Shown here piece after piece: positions 56,032 through 61,993 of a stretch of 61,993 bases of DNA; the stretch's first letter is position 1, and every line of letters begins with the position of its first letter. A program made the position numbers and the translations under genes. Below the pieces are notes generated by a model. It saw only the letters and a program-made list of their open reading frames with translations, did not search any database and was not told the DNA's origin. The stretch covers positions 1 through 61,993 of the forward strand of contig CAIQJL010000092.1 of NCBI GenBank assembly GCA_903872185.1, in the 5' to 3' direction. This DNA is from an uncultured Bacteroidota bacterium (GTDB lineage Bacteria; Bacteroidota; Bacteroidia; Bacteroidales; GWA2-32-17).

Positions 56032-58913
56032 AGTTCTTCACATTTATTTTTTTGATACGTTAAATTCTTATGAAGGTTTAATTCCTCTTTTAAAAATGGC
56101 GCTGTAAATCCAATATTGTTTTTAGCAATTTCCTCTGGCGACCCCTGTGCAATAATCTGCCCACCTCGAGTTCCGCCTTCCATGCCCATCTCTATTATAT
56201 AATCGGCTTGTTTTATTACATCTAAATTATGCTCAATAACAATAACTGTATTTCCTTTATTTGCTAATTTATTTAACACATTCATTAATATTCTTACATC
56301 TTCAAAATGAAGACCGGTAGTTGGCTCATCTAAAATATAAAGAGTTTTGCCTGTATCTTTTTTTGTAAACTCAGCAGCTAACTTAATACGCTGAGCCTCA
56401 CCCCCACTTAAAGTTGTTGATGGTTGTCCAAGCGTTATGTATCCTAAGCCAACATCATTCAACGCTTTAAGTTTATTATGAATTGCTGGAATATTCTCAA
56501 AAAATTCTACAGCTTGTTTTACGCTTAATTCTAAAATGTCGCTAATAGATTTACCTCTATATCGAACCTCAAGGGTTTCACGATTATATCGCTTGCCATT
56601 ACAATCAGTACATGAAACATACACATCTGGCAAAAAATTCATTTCTATTGTTTTAACACCAGCACCGCCACAACCTTCGCATCTACCACCTTTTACATTA
56701 AAGGAAAATCTTCCTGCATTAAAACCACGAATTTTTGAAGCAGGCATTTGCTCAAATAATTTTCTGATATCTGAAAATATTTGAGTGTATGTTACAGGAT
56801 TTGATCTTGGGGTTCTACCAATAGGCGACTGATCTACTTCAATTACTTTATCTATATTCTCTAGCCCTTTTATATTGTTATATGGTAATGGATTTTTTAA
56901 TGCTCTAAAAAAATGTTTTGATAAAATTGGTTGCAAAGTTTCTTTTATCAAACTCGATTTACCGCTACCAGAAACTCCGGTAACACAAATTAATTTTCCT
57001 AATGGGATTATAATGTCAACATTTTTTAAATTGTTACCAGCTGCGCCAGTTAAAGAAATTGATAACCCATTACCCTTTCGTCTCGTTTTGGGAACACAAA
57101 TAAATTTTCTCATGCTGAGATAATCAGCTGTCAAGCCTTTTTGTTTCAATATTTCAGCAGGAGTTCCTTGAGCATCAACTTCACCACCATTTCGACCAGC
57201 AAACGGTCCCATATCAACTACGTGATCTGCAGACATAATCATTTGCTTATCGTGTTCAACAACGATTACCGTATTACCTGCATCCCGCAATTGTTTTAAA
57301 GATATTATCAATCGTTCATTATCTCTTTGATGAAGCCCAATACTCGGTTCGTCTAAAATATAAAGTACGTTTACAAGTCTGCTACCGATCTGTGTTGCTA
57401 ACCTTATTCGCTGACTTTCTCCACCGGATAATGAAGCTGCTGGACGATTTAGATTAAGGTAATCAATCCCAACATCGAGAATAAATTTTAATCTATTTCT
57501 AATCTCCTTTAAAATATCACGAGCAATTATAGATTGTTTTTGAGAAAGTCTTTCTTCTAAATTGTTAAACCATTCATATAAATCGGATAAATTCATTTGA
57601 GATAATTCAGAAATATTTTTTCCGTCAATCTTGAAATAAAGCGATTCCTTTTTTAATCTTGCCCCATTACAATCAGGGCAAGTCTCATTTACAACAAAAT
57701 CATCTGACCATTGTTTTGCCTTTTGTGATGTAGATTCATGATGTTGGTTTAAAATATAATTAACCAAACCTTCCCAATTTATTAAATAATTTGAAGATAT
57801 TCCGGGATAATTACCCTGCAGTCTAAATGTTTCGCCAGATCCATATAAAACAACATTTAATGCGTTTTCCGGGATATCACTAACTGGTGTTTTTAATGAA
57901 AAATCATATTTTGCAGCAATCGCTTCAAGTTGCCAAAAAATTAATGAACTCCTGTATTTCCCCAATGGTGCAAATGCTCCTCTGGCAATTGAAAGTGTTT
58001 TATCTGGAATTATTTTATTTAAATCAACGCGCGCAAAACGACCTAGTCCTCCACAATGTGAACATGCACCTTGCGGCGAATTAAAAGAAAATGTATGTGG
58101 TGCTGGTTCATTATACGAAATCCCACTTGTAGGACACATAAATGAGCGACTGAAATATCTGACTTTTTCAGTTTCCTTAGTTAGAATCAAGCAAACACCA
58201 TCTCCTTGTTTCATTGCCATTTGTACAGATTCCCGCAAACGTTTTTCTGATTCTTCAGAAACTTTAATTCTATCAATAACTAATTCAATGTTATGAACTT
58301 TATATCGATCTACCTTTAACCCGAATTTTAACTCTTTAATTTCATCGTCAATTCTTGCATACAAAAAACCTTTACGTCTAATACGATCAAATAATTCCTG
58401 ATAATGACCTTTACGACCTTTTACAAGAGGTGCTAAAATTGTAATATTTTCTCCTAAAAACTGTTCATTTATAAGTGCATTAATCTGCACTTCTGAATAC
58501 TTTACCATTTTTTCACCCGTAACATAAGAATACGCTTCTGATGCACGAGCATAAAGTAATCTTAGAAAATCATATATTTCTGTAGTTGTTCCAACTGTTG
58601 ATCTTGGATTTCTGCTAATTGTTTTTTGTTCAATAGCAATAACTGGACTTAGACCTGAAATTTTATCAACTTCTGGGCGTTCAAGGTTGCCTAAAAAATT
58701 TCTTGCGTACGCAGAAAATGTTTCAATATATCTTCTTTGTCCTTCTGCATATATCGTATCAAAAGCAAGAGAGGATTTTCCGCTGCCACTTAATCCGGTA
58801 ATTACAGTTAATTTGTTACGCGGAATTACAAGGCTAATATTTTTAAGATTATGAACCCGTGCACCTGAAATTTCTATATTTTCCTGCCTTTTTACAGCAA
58901 GCTTATCAGTCAT
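56028..58913 (-). CDS. uvrA: Excinuclease ABC subunit A
   Basis: GARVHNLKN, GLSGSGKSS, two ABC cassettes (LSGGESQR, LSGGEAQR), CxxC Zn fingers. Confidence 0.97.
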   Translation of the reverse strand: MTDKLAVKRQENIEISGARVHNLKNISLVIPRNKLTVITGLSGSGKSSLAFDTIYAEGQRRYIETFSAYARNFLGNLERPEVDKISGLSPVIAIEQKTISRNPRSTVGTTTEIYDFLRLLYARASEAYSYVTGEKMVKYSEVQINALINEQFLGENITILAPLVKGRKGHYQELFDRIRRKGFLYARIDDEIKELKFGLKVDRYKVHNIELVIDRIKVSEESEKRLRESVQMAMKQGDGVCLILTKETEKVRYFSRSFMCPTSGISYNEPAPHTFSFNSPQGACSHCGGLGRFARVDLNKIIPDKTLSIARGAFAPLGKYRSSLIFWQLEAIAAKYDFSLKTPVSDIPENALNVVLYGSGETFRLQGNYPGISSNYLINWEGLVNYILNQHHESTSQKAKQWSDDFVVNETCPDCNGARLKKESLYFKIDGKNISELSQMNLSDLYEWFNNLEERLSQKQSIIARDILKEIRNRLKFILDVGIDYLNLNRPAASLSGGESQRIRLATQIGSRLVNVLYILDEPSIGLHQRDNERLIISLKQLRDAGNTVIVVEHDKQMIMSADHVVDMGPFAGRNGGEVDAQGTPAEILKQKGLTADYLSMRKFICVPKTRRKGNGLSISLTGAAGNNLKNVDIIIPLGKLICVTGVSGSGKSSLIKETLQPILSKHFFRALKNPLPYNNIKGLENIDKVIEVDQSPIGRTPRSNPVTYTQIFSDIRKLFEQMPASKIRGFNAGRFSFNVKGGRCEGCGGAGVKTIEMNFLPDVYVSCTDCNGKRYNRETLEVRYRGKSISDILELSVKQAVEFFENIPAIHNKLKALNDVGLGYITLGQPSTTLSGGEAQRIKLAAEFTKKDTGKTLYILDEPTTGLHFEDVRILMNVLNKLANKGNTVIVIEHNLDVIKQADYIIEMGMEGGTRGGQIIAQGSPEEIAKNNIGFTAPFLKEELNLHKNLTYQKNKCEEL

Positions 58914-58928
58914 AACTTTCCTTATAAT

Positions 58929-59975
58929 TTATTTGGGTTTAGTAATATTTGTTGTGTCTGCAACTTCATCTTGAAGTAGCCCTGATTCAATCCAAATTTT
59001 ATTCAAATCGCGATAGCCTGATTTAGGTATTTTTAAAATATATTTTTTACCTTGTGTTATAGTAAGTGTATTCTGCCTTAACCAAGGGTTAAAATATTTC
59101 AATAGTTTATAATTTACCTCCTTTGAAATAGCAAAATTAGCGAGATCAGTTATTGAGGTATCGAGCAAAACGTTATCTGTTGGAATTGGCGGATATAAAT
59201 CTTTTTTTCTATAATGAAAACCATAATTTTTTGGATTATCCATTATTGTTTTAATTGCAATAATGCGAAACACATAACGTGAAGTCTCTTCATTCAGCAT
59301 TAAATCATAATATGATGTTACCTTTTGTTTTTTAATTTGATTATCAACGCCTCCCATTCCTGCATTATATGAGGCCGCAACCAATGCCCAATCTTTATAA
59401 TATTTGTAGCAATCATTAAGATAATTACAAGCTGCATTAGTAGATTTTTCTAAATTATATCTTTCGTCAATTTCATCAGAAATTTCTAATCCATATTTTA
59501 AACCAGTTGGTTTTATAAATTGCCAGAATCCTGCTGCACCTGCTGGACTCACAACATTACTTAAACCACTTTCGGCAACACATAGATATTTAAAATCATC
59601 AGGAATTCCATTCTTCTTAAGTATTGGTTCAATAACAGGAAAATATCTGTATGCCCGCTTTATAAATAGAAACGCCTGAGAGTGCCAATAGGTATTGATT
59701 AAAAATTCTCGGTCTAAGTTTTCATAAACATCAAAATATTCCAACGGTACTTTCTCTCCTGCAAAAGTTAAATTATCAGGAAATTCTATTGCAAATACTG
59801 CATATTTAGTATTAAATTCTTCTATATACTTTTTATCAACATAAGAATCTGTTTTCTGACCAGAAAAGCTAAATAAGCTTATAATTAGCCAGAGTAAACA
59901 AAGAGCAGTAAAAGTTGAAGCTAACTTAAGCCAGAATTGTTTTAAACGATTAGAATCAATATTTTTCAAGCTCAA
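58929..59975 (-). CDS. Lytic transglycosylase (SLT/MltD-like)
   Basis: VAESGL (catalytic Glu), GAAGFWQF, DERYNLEKST, AASYNAG, EETSRYV. Confidence 0.9.
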   Translation of the reverse strand: MSLKNIDSNRLKQFWLKLASTFTALCLLWLIISLFSFSGQKTDSYVDKKYIEEFNTKYAVFAIEFPDNLTFAGEKVPLEYFDVYENLDREFLINTYWHSQAFLFIKRAYRYFPVIEPILKKNGIPDDFKYLCVAESGLSNVVSPAGAAGFWQFIKPTGLKYGLEISDEIDERYNLEKSTNAACNYLNDCYKYYKDWALVAASYNAGMGGVDNQIKKQKVTSYYDLMLNEETSRYVFRIIAIKTIMDNPKNYGFHYRKKDLYPPIPTDNVLLDTSITDLANFAISKEVNYKLLKYFNPWLRQNTLTITQGKKYILKIPKSGYRDLNKIWIESGLLQDEVADTTNITKPK

Positions 59976-61035
59976 CAGGTTTTGTGATACGTGTATTTAT
60001 ATATAGAAATAAGAGGATAAAGATACCATAGATTAATGAAAATAGTCCTACCCATATTGATATTTGTTCTTTTGTATTTAAAACCAAAAGAGCTAAACAA
60101 ATTGAAATAATATTTATTAAAAAATATATAATTGCAATTTTTGGTTCAGAAAACCCTCTGTAATTTAAAAAATGTGTAGTATGATCTCTACCACCAACAA
60201 ATGGTGATTTCTTTTTAAGCAATCTGTTAATTGTTACAGTAAATGAGTCAATAATTGGAATAAGAAAAATCATGAAAATAATTAGCACATGAAAAATTGA
60301 AGGTTTAATATCAATAGTAACAGTACCATTCCAAAAATAAACAATGCTAAAAGCTCCTAAAAAAGCTCCAATCATTTGACTTCCACTATCACCCATATAC
60401 ATTTTTGCAGGGTGCCAGTTAAATTTCATAAAAGACAATAATGAAGCTAAAAGAGCAAGAAAAATAAACAAATCTATATTTGCGCCGCCTATTAATATAT
60501 TTTGACAAATTAATCCAACTAAAACAGTAATAGAAATTGAAGAAGTTATTGCATCCATATTATCCAGCATGTTAATTGAATTCATTATACCAGTTATCCA
60601 AAAAACAGTAAAGAAAGCATTAAAATAATAATCTGATGATATTTGAATATAAAGACCTCCTCTTACAAGTATTAAAGCACATGCGACCTGTATTGCAAAT
60701 TTTAAAAATGGAGAAGTACTAATCATGTCATCAGCAAGTCCCATTAAAAATGAAATAATTAGAACTAATCCAACATAAAGATAAATTGGATTAATATTTA
60801 AAATACTTTTCTCATAAAGCAAATAAACTATTGCAGAAATTAAAAGGGTTACAAAAAAAGTTATTCCGCCAGAAACAGGTTTTGTTTGACTACTCCAACG
60901 AATACCATTAAGATTAGCTTTGCGAATATTATATTTTGTAGATTTCTTAAAAAGAAAATTATGAATAAAATATGAGACGACTAACAATACAAAAAAATAA
61001 ATAATAAGCAATATATGTGTATCAATTAAAATCAT
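59956..61035 (-). CDS. MraY/WecA-family polyprenyl-phosphate sugar-1-phosphate transferase
   Basis: GLADD, NSINMLDNMD, FNWHPAKMYMGDSGS, RDHTTH; multiple TM segments. Confidence 0.88.
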   Translation of the reverse strand: MILIDTHILLIIYFFVLLVVSYFIHNFLFKKSTKYNIRKANLNGIRWSSQTKPVSGGITFFVTLLISAIVYLLYEKSILNINPIYLYVGLVLIISFLMGLADDMISTSPFLKFAIQVACALILVRGGLYIQISSDYYFNAFFTVFWITGIMNSINMLDNMDAITSSISITVLVGLICQNILIGGANIDLFIFLALLASLLSFMKFNWHPAKMYMGDSGSQMIGAFLGAFSIVYFWNGTVTIDIKPSIFHVLIIFMIFLIPIIDSFTVTINRLLKKKSPFVGGRDHTTHFLNYRGFSEPKIAIIYFLINIISICLALLVLNTKEQISIWVGLFSLIYGIFILLFLYINTRITKPVELEKY

Positions 61036-61037
61036 GA

Positions 61038-61993
61038 TTATAATTTAGAAATAATTTTACCCAAAAACCCTTTTTTCTTTTTCTTTTCAGAATCACCATA
61101 ATAATCTGTATGATAATCCGTATTTCCGTATCCATAACCATAGCCATAGCCATAATTATAACCGCCATACCTTGACTTTTCTAAATCAATCCCATTTAAA
61201 ACAACTGACAGATTTAGAATATGCTTTTCTATAAATAAATGATTTAGATTATATAAAAATGCTCGTTTAGAATAATTTGCTTTAATCACATAAATTGGGT
61301 AATCGCAGGTTTTAAAAATTTCTAAAGCATCTGTAACTAAACCTAAAGGCGGCGTATCTATTATTATAACATCATAAATAAGCTTCAACTTTTCTATTAG
61401 TTTGAATAACTCCAAACTTGCAGTAAGTTCTGATGGGTTTGGAGGCACAGGCCCTGCAGTGATATAATCGAGATTTGATATTTTTGATTTTCTAATACAT
61501 TCTTCAAAAGTATTTTTTTTAATAAGAATTGTACTTAATCCTTTGCTATTATCGGTATTAAAACATAAGTGAAAACGTGGTTTTCTTAAATCTAAGTCTA
61601 ATAAAATAACACGTTTGCCTTGAATTGCAAATATCCCAGCCAAATTAAGTGCTATAAAAGTTTTTCCCTCGCCACTTATAGTAGAAGAAACAGCAATAGT
61701 TTTTGATCCATCAATATTCTTAAGAAAATCTAAACTGGACTTAATAGATCTGAATGATTCAGAAAAAACCGAATTAGGTTTAACATCAACTAAAAGTTGT
61801 GAAACAGCTAGCTTAGTTTTATATAACGGAACTACGCCAACAACTGGCACTTCAGAATAAGATCGAACATCCTCAGGAGAAGTAATTTGATTATAAAGTA
61901 AATACCTTAAAATTATGATACTTGCATTTAATACTAACGCAACTACCATAAATAGAACAAAAACAGAATTTCTTATTGGTGATATTGGAGCAG
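61038..61993 (-). CDS. wzc: Wzc-type tyrosine kinase / chain-length regulator, 5'-truncated by the window edge
   Basis: Frame is open to the window edge (APISPIRNS...); ESFRSI; Walker A GEGKT; DLDLRKP; IIIDTPP; Tyr cluster YGGYNYGYGYGYGY. Confidence 0.9.
   Translation of the reverse strand, partial: APISPIRNSVFVLFMVVALVLNASIIILRYLLYNQITSPEDVRSYSEVPVVGVVPLYKTKLAVSQLLVDVKPNSVFSESFRSIKSSLDFLKNIDGSKTIAVSSTISGEGKTFIALNLAGIFAIQGKRVILLDLDLRKPRFHLCFNTDNSKGLSTILIKKNTFEECIRKSKISNLDYITAGPVPPNPSELTASLELFKLIEKLKLIYDVIIIDTPPLGLVTDALEIFKTCDYPIYVIKANYSKRAFLYNLNHLFIEKHILNLSVVLNGIDLEKSRYGGYNYGYGYGYGYGNTDYHTDYYGDSEKKKKKGFLGKIISKL

Noticed and set aside
47004-58084. Short nested ORFs (47004, 51391, 52102, 52996, 53731, 54049, 55833, 56536, 56875, 57887)
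   Set aside because: Shadows of real genes; 54049..54234 is hydrophobic only because it is the reverse complement of the Asn/Gln tract.
61130-61175. Hexamer-like repeat encoding YGYGYGYG
   Set aside because: This is the normal autophosphorylation Tyr cluster of Wzc-type kinases.

Overview
AT-rich chromosomal window from a Bacteroidota bacterium, probably an anaerobic Bacteroidia lineage. Support: TAnnTTTG -7 promoter elements, gldB next to nadE, three T9SS C-terminal-domain cargo proteins and many lipoprotein signals. About 60 CDSs are present, mostly housekeeping or metabolic (udk, aroB, aroA, pgeF, pepA, gltA, mdh, ackA, nadE, queG, sod, miaA, smpB, uvrA), along with the SRP RNA and the end of a polysaccharide locus (wzc, wecA-like). 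No tRNA, rRNA, CRISPR array, transposase or prophage gene was recognised. Most notable: (1) a class III cyclase-HD fusion with intact catalytic residues but non-canonical base-specificity residues; (2) a Crp/Fnr-linked eight-gene operon of CoA-disulfide reductase, rhodanese, thioredoxin and Cys-bearing membrane proteins that resembles a trans-envelope sulfane-sulfur relay; (3) an ammonia-lyase with Ala-Cys-Gly instead of Ala-Ser-Gly at the MIO site; (4) three copies of a REP-like palindrome; (5) a tandem duplication that left a decayed ybfF 5' end; (6) a STAS-like gene frameshifted at an A9 tract; (7) paired DnaA-box-like inverted repeats; (8) a stand-alone Rx4H (HEPN-like) protein. Product calls rest on recognised motifs, not database searches.
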